DNA from: Camelus dromedarius
Lineage: Eukaryota
Length of the DNA stretch: 64,000 nucleotides
Assembly (NCBI RefSeq): GCF_036321535.1
Contig: NC_087437.1
Span: 121,274,001 to 121,338,000 of the forward strand
Direction: 5' to 3'
Part shown: in pieces, positions 49,700 through 61,500 of the stretch
How the letters are laid out: every line of letters starts with the position of its first letter
How positions within the stretch are numbered: the first letter of the stretch is position 1
The notes under the pieces: generated by a model
Databases searched by the model: none
Told to the model about the DNA's origin: nothing
What the model saw: only the letters and a program-made list of their open reading frames with translations
Program-made: the position numbers and the translations under genes

Positions 49700-50950
49700 T
49701 TCTGAGGAAGTGGAATCAATGAGACGCATGCCCCGCCCCCCAACTAGAAATTTTAAAACACTTTGCAAAACACCCATTAAGTCCAAGAGGAAATCAAAAT
49801 ACTTACAGACACTTTAGAAAGGAGACAGCACCGCACTCTCTGCTCAGCGTGAAGAAAACCTCTGCTCCAGGTGGAGACAGAAGACTGGTGCCCTAAAGTC
49901 TTCCGCGGTGGACGGGAAGAGTGATGCTACCGGCGCAGATGGAGGGTTCAGGACGAGAGGAAGAGCCACGGGGCGAAGGAAATAAGGTAAAGGACACAGG
50001 AAACAGACGGACAATGGCAGAAGTTGACGAATCAGAAAACAAACAGAAAGCTACTGCTGATAAACGCATCAAAACCTGTGTCTCACGCCAGGAACTGACA
50101 CACTGTAACTGACTAAACTTCAATAAAACAATGAAAGTAAGAATTGTTTTAAATTTAAAAAACCCATCCTGTTTCTCAGGGAAAGCAGCAACGAGGCAGG
50201 TAGCCTGGGACGGAGCGCGGCAGAGCCACCGGGGAGCCTTGCGGCGGCCGCAGCGCGCTGCCTCCTGGCCTGCAAAAGGCGTCGAGAGGCTCGGGGCAGC
50301 GTCGGGTGACCCCGGCCCTGGTGCTCGGCGGCCGTTGGGAAGGCCAGGGCCGCGCCCTCTCCACGCCGGGGCCATGGAAATTCAGTTTTCGGAAATGAAA
50401 GGATAAAAGGGATAGAAGAATGCGTATCTCAGAGTAAGGAACCCGGAGCATAAAAACGAAAGGAGAAAATGCTGAGAAAACAGACTCAAAACTAATTTTG
50501 TGCGTGAAAAACGGACTGGATGGAGAGGTTGGCTGTCGGTCTCGTGCGGAAGGCGGCGAGCGACCTTCGCCTCCAGGGTCTCAGAGTCAGTCACAAAAGC
50601 CCGCGCCCCACGGGCCAGGCGCATTTGAGAGGCTGCCCCGGCGGGTCACCGGGCGCCCAGGCGGATGACCGGACTGCAGCCCGGCTGTCGCCCGGAGCGC
50701 GCCTTCAGCGCCTCCGGCGTGCACGCGGTAGGTCCCGCCCCGCACGGAAACGCGTGGACGGCCGCCCAGGGCGGCCCCACCTTCACGGTAAGGAGTCAGT
50801 GTGAGGGAACGGAGCAAACGTGAATAAGCCGAGGGGCCCTGCTGCGTCCGGGCGGAGGAATCACACGGGGTTTTCAATTTTCTTCGTTAGTGCTGTTCGC
50901 ATTGTCCAAATCTTATACAATAAACATCTACAATGATGTTTGGTTTAATC
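49700..50950 (+). mobile_element. Ancient L1 ORF2/3' end remnants, partly CpG-rich
   Basis: A-rich L1-like blocks at 49740-50160 and 50380-50520, and an L1M-like 3' terminus with AATAAA near 50920. Confidence 0.5.
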
Positions 50951-52138
50951 ATACATTTAAGAAAACCGGAATTCCGTGGTGGTTGATGAATTGCTCTCAA
51001 GTTTCTCTAGATTCTCAAAGCGGTCAGTTTTTCCTCTCTTACTGGTGACATCTCTGAGGACAGTCACTCCCGGCTGAGACGCCTGCTCGTCAGCCATCCA
51101 GTCACTCGTTAGCTCAGGGAACGAGGGCCTGTCTGTCTCCTCCCTGGGCCCTGCTCTCCCGGATTCTAGGGCTCCGGCCTCTACCAAGCCAGACCTTGTA
51201 GCACCCCGACCCGTCCTTCCCCCCGAATTTCCCGGACATGGGAAGGCCCCACCTCTGCAGACGACACCGCAGGGCCACATCCAGGCGATTTAAAAGGGAG
51301 TTGGCGGGAAGCGCTGCTCCCGTGGGGCTGCCTCTGAGCACCTCCAGCCCCTGGAGCACCAGGAGGGAGCACGTGCCTGCACTCAGGGAGGCACTGGGTG
51401 GCCCGCTCTCCCCAAGGCCCGTCAGGCAGGATCCCCAGCTTTGTAACAAGGAGGCTGGCCTCGGCCCCTGACCTGAGCTCCTCAGCCAGCCAGGGACTCC
51501 TCGGGACGACTTCAGTCACAGCCCAGTGGCAACACCCCCTGAGGACCCCCTCCCTGGAAGCTTCCAGAGCAGAGGCATCAGGCCACGTGTGTGCAGAGCT
51601 CCCTGCATCTCAGACTGGCCAGATCAAAGCATCCAGGACCCCCGGGCCCACACCTTGTGCCGAGGGGAAAGGGGGTGAGATTTGCTCTGTGACATCTCCT
51701 GGGCAGAGGCCGGTGGCTGTGGGGGCCTGAACACAGTGGTGGGGTGACAGCAGACACGGCCGATCTTCATGGGGAGCTTCGGCCAGAGGACAGTGGTTCC
51801 TGCCAGACAGCCACTCAAGTCTCTAGGTGCCAGAGGTCCGGGGCTGGGCATTGCCACAGCAGCCACCCCACAGGCCTGGCCGCACTCTGCGTCACGGCCT
51901 CAGCCCATCCGCAGCCGCCATGGGGGTGGACAAACCTGCTCCCCAGTCCTAGGGCTGGCTCTGAGAGGGTCCACCTCGGGCCCAGGCCACAGAGAGAGAT
52001 GCCGGGGCTGGGGCCACGTCAGCCTGACTCCAGGGCTGATGCCCTCACGTTCACGCCCAGCTGCCCAGGGACTGTGGACGGGTCACTTCACCTTCTGGGC
52101 CTCAGCTCCCTCCCTTGTCACAGAGAGCCAAGTGGGCC

Positions 52139-52880
52139 GTGATGGTGAAACTCATGTGGCAACTCAGCTAGGCCACAGTACCCAGATATCTGCTCAAACT
52201 CTGGTCTGGATGTTGCTGCAAAGGTACTTCTTAGACGAGATTGCCATTAAATCAAAATAGACTTTGAGGGATAAACTGGGAGTTTGGGATTTGCAGATAC
52301 TAACTGGTATATATGAAATGGATAAACAACAGGGTCCTATATTGAAACCATTCATATTAAAACAAACAAACAAACAAAAAACCCCAACAGAGTCCTGCTG
52401 TATAGCACAATGCTTTATAATATCCTATAATGAAAAAGAATATGAAAAGGAAATATATAAGTGTGTGTGTAACCAAATCACCATGCTGTACAACAGAAAT
52501 CAGCACAACATTGTGAACCAATTATACTTCAATTAAAAAATAAGTTAAATAAAGGAGCACAGCTAGCCTCAAAAAAAAAAAAGACTTTGAGAAGAGCACA
52601 TTGCCTCCAAAATGTGGGTGAGCCTCATCTAATCAGTTGAAGACCATAAGAGAAAACAGACTGAGGTCTCCTGAGAAGGAAGGAATTCTGCCCCCAGACG
52701 GCCTGCAGACTCAAGCTGCAACATCAACTCTTCCTGGGTCTCCAGCCTGCCCTGCAGGTTTTGGACTTGCCAGCCTCCCTGATCACATAAGTCAATTGCT
52801 CAAAATAAGTCTGTGTATACACACACACACACACGCACGTCCTGTTGGTTCTGTCTTTCTGGAGAATGCTGACTACTACA
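52139..52880 (+). mobile_element. MLT2-type ERVL LTR interrupted by an L1 insertion
   Basis: GTGATGGT..CAACT..GCTAGGCCACAGTACCCAGATAT start; GGTTCTGTCTTTCTGGAGAA..CTGACTACTACA end. Confidence 0.85.
52269..52581 (+). mobile_element. 5'-truncated cetartiodactyl-type L1 3' end with TSD
   Basis: gggagtttgggatt..ctgtatagcaca..acaacattgt..tatacttcaattaaaa; TSD AGACTTTGAG (52259-52268, 52582-52591). Confidence 0.85.
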
Positions 52881-55195
52881 CACCCCAAGATGAGCACCCA
52901 GGCTTAGGGAAAGCTGCTAGTGGTGTTTTTAACACCCCTTTGTAGCTGAGGTGGGTGGGCAGACTCGCGGTTTCCTGCTTCAAGTGTTCTGGAGGTGGCG
53001 AGGGGACCCAGCTCCTGTTTATCTTGCCCCGATCAGAGCCACGTGGTGGTGGCATCCCACCACCCAAGCCCGTGTGACACCACCTCAGACCTGGGCCGCA
53101 TAAAGGGTCTGGGGAGCAGGGAGCCCAGTGCCCGGGAGGGATCATGGAGGAGACGGAGGTGCTGGCTCCCTGGCGTCACCAGGACACCCTCAGCTTTACC
53201 AGGGCAGCCTGGGCCAAGCAGGAAGGCCTCCCCAGGTCACAGGCTGGGCAGCTCAGGGACTTGACCGCACCTGCCGCATCACCAAGACGCCCGCTCACCA
53301 GCAGCAGGAGCAGCCGGAAGCCCCCAGGCCCGTTAAGGCCCCCCTCCCCCAGCAGCCTGCCCCGCCCTGGGGAGAAGCTGGGGGTTGGAGCTGGAGGGCT
53401 CTTTCCGAGCATCCCCGAGCCGCCTGGGCCGGCCCACTGCGCTCTGAGCCGCCTGCCTCTGAGATGCAGGCAGACTCCACCCGCCTGACCGTGACCCTGT
53501 GTGCAGGGACGAGGCCTCAGCAGCCAGGCAGAGGACGGGCAGGCAGCACGGCTGGGACAGGCAGGTCATGGAGGTGCCTCCATGGGCCAGAACCAGTGCC
53601 CTATCTTAGGTCCACTTTGTGCAAAGGGAAAACGGACGGTGATCACCCAGCCCTGTCTGCCTAGTGGTGTCACAGGGACATCAGGAGTGGACTTCCTAGC
53701 ACCGGTGGAGAGCAGCAGAACCAGGCTTCTCAGAGAGGCCTGGCCGTCCCCACAGGGTGAGCAGTGTCACTGACCACCTGCAGCCACCCCGGGACACTGC
53801 CTCAGGTGGGACCAGGGGACACCCTCAGTGACAGGTGTGCAGAGCGATGGGGCACCCTCAGACTCTTTCCAGAGCTGGTGGGGCCTGAGCCCCCCAGGGC
53901 CCCACCTCTGCTGCCCTGTCTACGGGGCAAACACCTCTTCACGGCCCTGTTACCTGCAGAGCACGGCCTGGGCCGGAGCTGACCCTGCTGGACCCTCTGG
54001 ACACAGGCACAGCTTGTCCGCAGGCCCCGTGTCTCGCCCCCCAGGGAAGTGAGTCTTGAATTATAATTCAGCTTGAGTCAGCTGGGGTGTAAACCACTGG
54101 CCCATTTCACAGATGGGAGGCCAGGCAGACTGCCCACTTCACACCCTTCCGGAAAGGGTGCAGGCCAGCCTCTCCCACCCCTGGGCGGCGGTGCCTTCTC
54201 TGCTGGACTGGCAGTGTGCCCTCGTGAAATCTCCAGGTAAGAACTGCAGCTTGTCCCGGGCCAGCTGTGTGTCTGCACAGGGTCAACTGACGACAGCTGC
54301 AAGCAGACAGCCCACCCCAGTCTCAGCTCAGAAAGCCCACCAGCAGAGAGGCGTCTGGGCGCCCCGCCCAGCCTGTCGCAAAACGTACTGACTGCCCCCT
54401 GTCAGGGCAAAGCCCAGGGACAGCCGTGAGCCCCACTCCGGACACTCGTGCAGGTCCCTGGACGTGGTTCACGTCTCCCACTCCCAGGGGAGCAGGCCTC
54501 CAAGGGCCTGGCTGTGGGGAGGATTAGGTCACACACCTGACGTTGGTCCCCCTAAAACTCCACTGTCACCCAGCGTTTGCACATCGTTAAGCCAGAGCAC
54601 GTGAACCTTCAGGAATCTGAGAGAAACAGCAGACCCGCCACCAAGAGACTACACCACCCACACGCACACTCACCGACAGTCCCGTGCAGAGACCTGCTGG
54701 AGGGTGGAACCCCCCCACCCCATGGCAACAGCGGAGACGTGGACAGAGGAGGGGGACTGCTCAGACAGGAGAGGCCAGCCCCGGGAGCCTCCTGCACAGC
54801 CGGGGCGGGGGCGTGCCTGCCCCCCAGCCTCCTCCTGGCTCTGCCAGGCCTCGCAGCCCCCATCTTGGGGCCTTGGCAGTGTCTGGGGCTTGTTGAGAGA
54901 CCGGGGAGCTGAGGCCTGTGGGCTGAGCCGCAGCCTCCCGCCACGCAGGGGCTGTCCCCTCGGTGAGCTCGCTCCTATCACCCAGCCATAGCTCTGCCCG
55001 TGGGGCCAGACCTCCTGTCACCATGTCTGAGCTCGAGGGGTCTGGAGCGGCGATCCCAGGGCGGGCGACACAGACCAGGGCCACCGGGGCCCCTGCCGGC
55101 TGGGCCCCTTGGAGCTGCTTCCTAGGGGAAGAGCCCCAGGGCTGAACGCTCCCTCCAGAAACGCCAGCCTGGCCCCAGGGGCCCGGCCCACTCAC

Positions 55196-55295
55196 CGCCT
55201 GATGTCCTGGAGACCTGGCGGGGCGTCCGCGTGGGCTGCGGCTCCACCTGTAACCAGCCTGGTGCAGGCACGTCTGGAGGACTCAGGCCGCCAGG
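55196..55295 (-). other. ITGB2: ITGB2 non-coding exon 1 (5' end approximate)
   Basis: Donor GCG|gtgagt at 55195; immediately downstream of paired Ets boxes; resembles the recalled human CD18 5'UTR; about 9.7 kb intron to exon 2. Confidence 0.75.
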
Positions 55296-55314
55296 GACCC
55301 TGCAGTGGAGGCAC

Positions 55315-55380
55315 GACGCTTCCTGTTCAAGTCAGCAATCTGGAGGAAGTAGTTACATGGGGCGATTACACCACATTTGC
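55315..55380 (-). promoter_or_regulatory. ITGB2 proximal promoter: paired Ets (PU.1/GABP) boxes plus RUNX site
   Basis: Minus strand ACTTCCTCCA...GAACAGGAAG (55350-55319), the arrangement known for the CD18 promoter; TGTGGT at 55370-55375. Confidence 0.75.
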
Positions 55381-55935
55381 CCCATCCAGCCCAGCCCCCT
55401 TGTCTGCGCTGACACAGGGAGTGACGAGGACACGCCATCCCCATACCCGCTCGCGGCGAGAAGCAGAGCAGTTGTGAGAGGGGCGGTTTGGGACCAGGGC
55501 CTCCAGGGGCACCTTGGCACTCCCCTGCCCACTGAGGGGGTGGCTGTGCCCTGCAGGGGACGAAGAGCCACAAAGGGCAGAGTGGGATGGGGGCAGCGCT
55601 CCACCCGGCCTGCAGACTGAGCACACAGGAGGGGAGCAGGCACCCATCAAAGAAGTGGCCAGCAGGCACTGGGGAGTCCAACTTGGATGGTGGAAATAAA
55701 AAAGTCTCACATGGATGAAGGGCAGAATGACAGACACTGGAGAATGAACCAGAGAGCAGGCGAGGGCATCAGCTCAGGAGGACAAGTGGGTGCTCAGCAT
55801 CCCGCTGCCGCAGGGGATCGAGGACAGGGAACAGCGAGCAGAGGGAGGGGAACGGAAGAAAAGCTCCAGATCGGAGACAGAGAGAACCCAGGCGAAGAGG
55901 CCACTGCATGAGTCGAGAGGAAGGAGAAGGTTCCA

Positions 55936-56066
55936 GGGAGGGAGGGTACAGCTCAGTGGTAGAGCACGTGCTTAGCATGTGTGAGGTGCTGGGTTCAATC
56001 CCCAGTGCCTCCATTAAATAAATAAACCTAATTACCTTCCCTGCCAAAAAGAAAAAAAAAATTGAA
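55936..56066 (+). mobile_element. tRNA-derived SINE (Vic-1-like) with TSD
   Basis: A/B boxes, A tail, flanking direct repeat AAGGTTCCA (55927-55935, 56067-56075). Confidence 0.9.
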
Positions 56067-56999
56067 AAGGTTCCATAACTGGGTAAATTCTGATGCTAGC
56101 ACAGAACAGTAATGATAAGAAAATGCCACAGATTCAGGGGGACAGAGACAGAGAGCAGGCGAAGGGGCAGGACTGCGCCAGAGGGAAGCTAGGGGAAGGG
56201 GAGACACTGACTGACTACACCCACAAAGAAGCAAAAATCAGGGCTCTTCAGAGGAACCGGGACTCAGATGCAAACCACCCCAAACTGTGTTGGAAAGACA
56301 CACTCCAGAAGTAAACGACAGACAGATGGGAAATCCAAGAGGCACCCAAGGGCAGGTGAAGCAGAGGTGACCAACCGAGTAAGTAAAAATTGTTAAACCG
56401 GAGTACCCATTGATCTTTAAATCGTGGTAAAAATATTAACAATCTGAAAAAAAAATCCGAGAGGCACAGAAGAGGCGACCAGGGGAGCGGGCCGCTGTTT
56501 CTGACGCTCATCGATGGATGTTTTAATAGGAAATATTCAATTTTATATGTGACAATAATTAAAAGTCCCCTGAAAAACAGAAGTGGGAAGTGTACGTCTG
56601 AAAAAAGAACATGACAACTTTGTTTTAAAAAGGCAAGGGAAATAGAGCAAGCGAGAAAGAACTGTGACTTAAACACGCACAACAAGACGTCAGGAACAAT
56701 TTCGCACGCTGCGCGGACGCCAGAGCCCCAGGGGCGCGCACTCGCTGTCCACAAGTAAACGCCTTGCTGAGCCTGAAAAATAGAACCAGTTCCAATTCAG
56801 CGTTCCCCTCCAGGGCGTTCCTCTCACGGATGATTCCAGTAAACACCCTGAGAAGGAAGGGCGTGCTCAGAACGCCCCGTGTCATGCCCACGTGTGACAT
56901 TGGATGGAGCCATGACGGTCACCGGCTGAGGCGCTGCAGAGGCACGCCGCCCACAGGCGAGTGCTGCCGGCTGGCCTAGGCCTCGGGTGAGACAGCAGC

Positions 57000-57765
57000 A
57001 GAAATGAGATTGTCATGAAGGAAATAAAATAAAAACGATTTTTATTCTTGAAGCCAAGTCAGAGCAATGATTTAGATCGAACTGCCAGTGTCTAGGAACA
57101 ACGGGACGGGGGGAGGGGTTTATAGACATCGCAGGGACGCGATGAGCAAAGTCCAGGCTGGAGCCACCCCCCCTCAACGAAGACAAACATTGGAGTGTCA
57201 GAGAGGGGATGGGGTGCGGGAGCCCATAGATGAGAGGCTGAAGAGACTGTCCGCCAGTCACAACACACAGACCATGTGATATCAAGGAATTACTGTACAT
57301 GTTTTTAGACATTAAAGGTTTTGTGATTATGTTAAAAAAAAAAGTGTCGCCTTTTAGAGTCTTGTGCTAGAATGTTTACACATAACAGGACATGATGCTT
57401 TGGATTTGCTTCCAAATAATCCGGGGTGGGGAGGGCGTGGGGAGGGCTGTGCAGAAGACAAGGCTGGCCGCGTTGAGCACTGCTGAAGCCCACGTCGAGG
57501 GCCTACGCGCTTCTGAAACGGTGCTGCCTGCTTCTGCATGTGTGTGAAATTTCCTATAGTAAAAGCATTTTTTTTTTAATTTTAAAAAGAAGTGTAAAGT
57601 TGTTTAATGGGAGAGAGTTTCAGTTTTGCAAGATGAGAAAGTTCTAGACGTTAGTTGCACCACAATGTGAGTATGTTTAATAGTACTGAACTTCACGCTT
57701 AAAACTGGTGGAGGTGGCTAAATGCTTACATTAACGTCCTGTGCGGCTCACCACCATTAAAAAGG
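57000..57765 (+). mobile_element. L1M 3' end fragments (L1MB-like at 57600-57765)
   Basis: tgtttaatggg..agagtttcagttttgcaagatga.aaagttctag..ttgcaccacaatgtga motif. Confidence 0.7.
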
Positions 57766-58520
57766 AAAAAACACAGTGCGTTTTCCCGTTAGGAGCTCTG
57801 GTGGGCAGGAAAGGGGGGGACTTTGGAGTCAGGCAGACAACGATTTTCATCCCAATTCTTCATTTTATAACCTGTAAGGGACTCAAATCGGATACTTAGA
57901 TACTGTGGGCAATAAAATGACGTACTTGATAGATTTATTTTCCTAGTCACATAAAAAGGAAAACAGATTCTGAGATAAATGCTTGTCTCATAGGCATTTC
58001 TATCATCTATACAATTTTTCACACGGCCTTCCCAACAGATCTTTGAGAAAATAGATGATTTTTACGCAGCCTGTGATGACAGACACGCCCCCTGTAGCTG
58101 CATGGAGGGATCAAAAAAGGTGTCCAAGAAGGGGTTACGTGTGTGCGCGCACGTGCCCCTGAAAGTAGGCGTCAGCCGTGGTGGAATTCCTGCCGATTTC
58201 TGAATCGCTCAAAACATTTGTGTTGAAGGGGTTTGTGTAGAGTTAAATAACAGCACTGTGCGTGTTAATTTCGTCATCTGTTATTTTCCCCCAGAGCTAA
58301 CTGCTTTGTGATGCCCCTTCTCAGACTGATACTCAAATACACTGAGTGCCATGCGATACCAATTCGTTTCCTTTACATACATTTGTTTCCAGGTAACAAA
58401 TTTACGTGAGACTGAATTGTATCTGAGTTCAGCGCACACCGAGGTGGGATAATTCAAATATTTTGCAGGTGGCAGATTGTTGTTTTTTTGGTGACAGTAA
58501 AATGTGGACCCGATCTGACT

Positions 58521-58533
58521 CAAAAAAAAAAAA

Positions 58534-58565
<32 letters not shown>

Positions 58566-58567
58566 AA
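58521..58567. repeat. A-run plus (GAAA)n microsatellite
   Basis: Direct inspection. Confidence 0.95.
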
Positions 58568-61500
58568 TGCTGTCTATCAGATAAACTGTTAAAAGAGACA
58601 GTGAAGGCTGAAAATAAAGGCATAAAACACACAAGTTACATGCTAGAAAATACCAATCAACACAGAAAGACCATCGCACGACGCGACTCAGGGCAGACAA
58701 CCCTCCATGAGTACAGAGCGTGCGGGGAGCCACACTGTCGTAGGTCCCCGCGTCCTGAGCAAAGGCCCCGAGGTGCGTAAGACAAAAACTGACGAGCGCA
58801 CAAGCAAACTGACAGGCCCGCAGGCGTGGCGCACGCCGTGACGCGCCTCTCTCAGCAGCGAGCAGGCCAAGCAGAAGACTAGGCCTGCGGAGGCTCTGAG
58901 GAACACAGCCCTTCCTTTGCGGCTTGTGTGAATAAAGTTAAAACGTGGGGCACAGTGACGAGTGGACCATTTATTAAGCCACAAAGGAAATCTCACCGTG
59001 TTTTAACGCCCAGAAATCATGAGGAGGCCAAATTCACAGACACAATTTAATAAAATTAGCCGCTAACCAAAGGACAACATTAAAGAAAAGCTGGCACCTT
59101 GAGAACCTGGAAACCAGTCCAACATGGGATGAGGAGACGCCTCGTAGCCCTTTGTGCAACGAGACAAGAGGCAGCCGTTAGAATACCCATCTGGGGCTGC
59201 ATGTGTCCACGTAACACACCCAAAACCGTACCACGGAGGTCGTCTTGAACAGCAGGCTGCGGAAGGAGCCTCCGCAGAGCACCTCACGTGTCCCACGGGA
59301 AAGATGCCCACACGCTCGTGAATCCGCGTCAGGGGAGTGGCCGCCTCTGAAGGCAGTGGTCCTGGGAGGCGCATGCGGAGGGCTTCAGCTTCCCGTGTTT
59401 ACGCTTTATTAAGAAGAAAGAAGAAGAAATTCTGGGCAAAGTAAAGCAAAAGCTTAAGCTCTGATGAAGCTGGATGGTGGGCACGTAGGTGTTCCTGATG
59501 CGGCCCTCCACGCTTTTCCGTTGTCTTAAAATAGTCTATTTTCTTTTTGTAAAGAAGGAACCAACTGGGAGTGACTGTACATGAGCGTGGGGAGCTTTCT
59601 GGGGTAATGGAAATGTTCCAAAAATGGCTCGTAGCGATGACTGCACAAATCATTACATTTGTAGGCTGGAAACGGGTGGCTGACGGCATGGCCCGCAAAC
59701 CCTGTCTGCGGGCGGCTGGGGAAGTGAAGGGAAATGAGCCCTGCTCAGCAGGGGGAGCAGGAGCAGCGGCAGCTGCAGGGCGGCGGCGGCCCAGGACGCC
59801 CCGCCCCGCAGCAGCAGCGTGAGGGCCGAGGCTCCCGAGGCACGCGGGGGCGGGGCTGCTTCTAGCCACCTGCTGTCCGGAGCGCTGGCCTGGGCACCCC
59901 CGCCCCACCTGCCCTGCGAGCAGAGGGCCTTCTCTCCTTGCCTTCCCCCTCGCGGCTGCTCCCTCTGCGGGAGGAAGCTGAGGGGGCGGCCTTCCCGCTT
60001 CCCTGACCTACCTGGAAGGAAGCCGCCCGGGCTCCCCAGGGAGTCTCTGGCCAGGGCTGGCCCGTGGCCTGAGCAACAGGTGCCCAACTAGCACCAAAGC
60101 AGAGGGACGAGCCACAGGCCCGACCGTGTGGAGGGTCACTCTGAGGAGTGTCCCTGCTGGAGGCAGGAAGACTTGGCTCTAAGTTCAGTGGGGATTGAGC
60201 CAGCAAAAAGGCTAAGTGATTATCAGCTCTGGAGGAAAACCAGAAAGTTGTGCTGGGAAGAAAATGTAATTACAGTACGTCCACTTGACTCCGCAGCGCA
60301 CATTTACGTGGTTAGAGGAAGGAACGCACTGAACCGAGGTGAAAAATAAAGACTGTGACAGCAGCTCTACAGAGAGGCAAGCGTGGGCGGGGCTGTGAGG
60401 AGCACGCCCGCCTCCGGCAGGACAGGAAGATCACGACACCGCCACGGCCACCTCGGGTTTGACTTCCCCCTCCACCAGGCAGGCCAGGCTGACCTGCGGG
60501 GTGCGGGGGGGGGGCACCAGTGGCGAGAGGGCACCTAATCGTAACCCAGTCCCCAGGCTCATTCCTCTCCTCCCCGGTGCTTATCGAATTGCCATTTCCT
60601 GTTCAGTTTGTGATTCCCAACCATGCCTCTTGAGGGTGTCTTTGGGGGTGCATGCCCATTGAAAGCTGGGGCTGCCTTTGCCAAAGCAAGTTTGCACCTT
60701 CCATCCCTGGATTAAGTGGCCCAGTTTCCACAGGGGCTTTCTGAGTGCCTCTCGCCCCAGGGGCCTGGCTGAGGGGCGAGGAGGCTGAGGCTAGAGAGGG
60801 CGCGCATACTTGGGGTCTAGCAGTAGCGGTGGGAACCTCGGGACGTTCTGCCATGTTTCTTCTCTGGCCTCAGTTTCTCCCCCGCCACCCCTAAGTTCTG
60901 AGAACAAATGAGGACACGTGAGAGGACCCTGCACTGGGCCTGACACACAACAGATGCCCAACTAGTATAAAGGTATAAATCATAAAAAGAAGAATGGCAC
61001 GAAGTCCCAGTGCTCATGGAGCTTTTGATAAAATTACAGATTCTGTTTTTGAGGGGAGGGTCTATATCTGGATTTACAAAGAAATTTCTTCTCATTAAAA
61101 CTTCTGCTTCTAACTGCTGACTTTTGAACCTGGGGGAGCAGAGCAATTTAACTTCTCTGCATTGGCTCTGTACCAGACAGGAAGCAAGCTCCTTCCCCAT
61201 TCCCTCCTAGAAATGCGGACAGGTGAGAAGGCGGGGCACCTGAGGCCGCCGGTGTCCCCCCCCACCCCATGCCCAGGAGAAGGTGGGTTTCAGGCAGGCT
61301 GAGATTTTAGAGAAACATCCGAGAAACTCTCACACCAACCCTGAGCAGGGAAGGTCTACGAAAACCCACTTTCAACCTCCCACCCCAACCAGGGACTCCA
61401 TGCTTCAGCCAAGTCGAATTACCTGCCTCATCCCTGGACTCACCTGTGCTGTCCCACCTGCCCGGTGGACTCTGAAGTCCCCCCTGCCCATCCACACATT

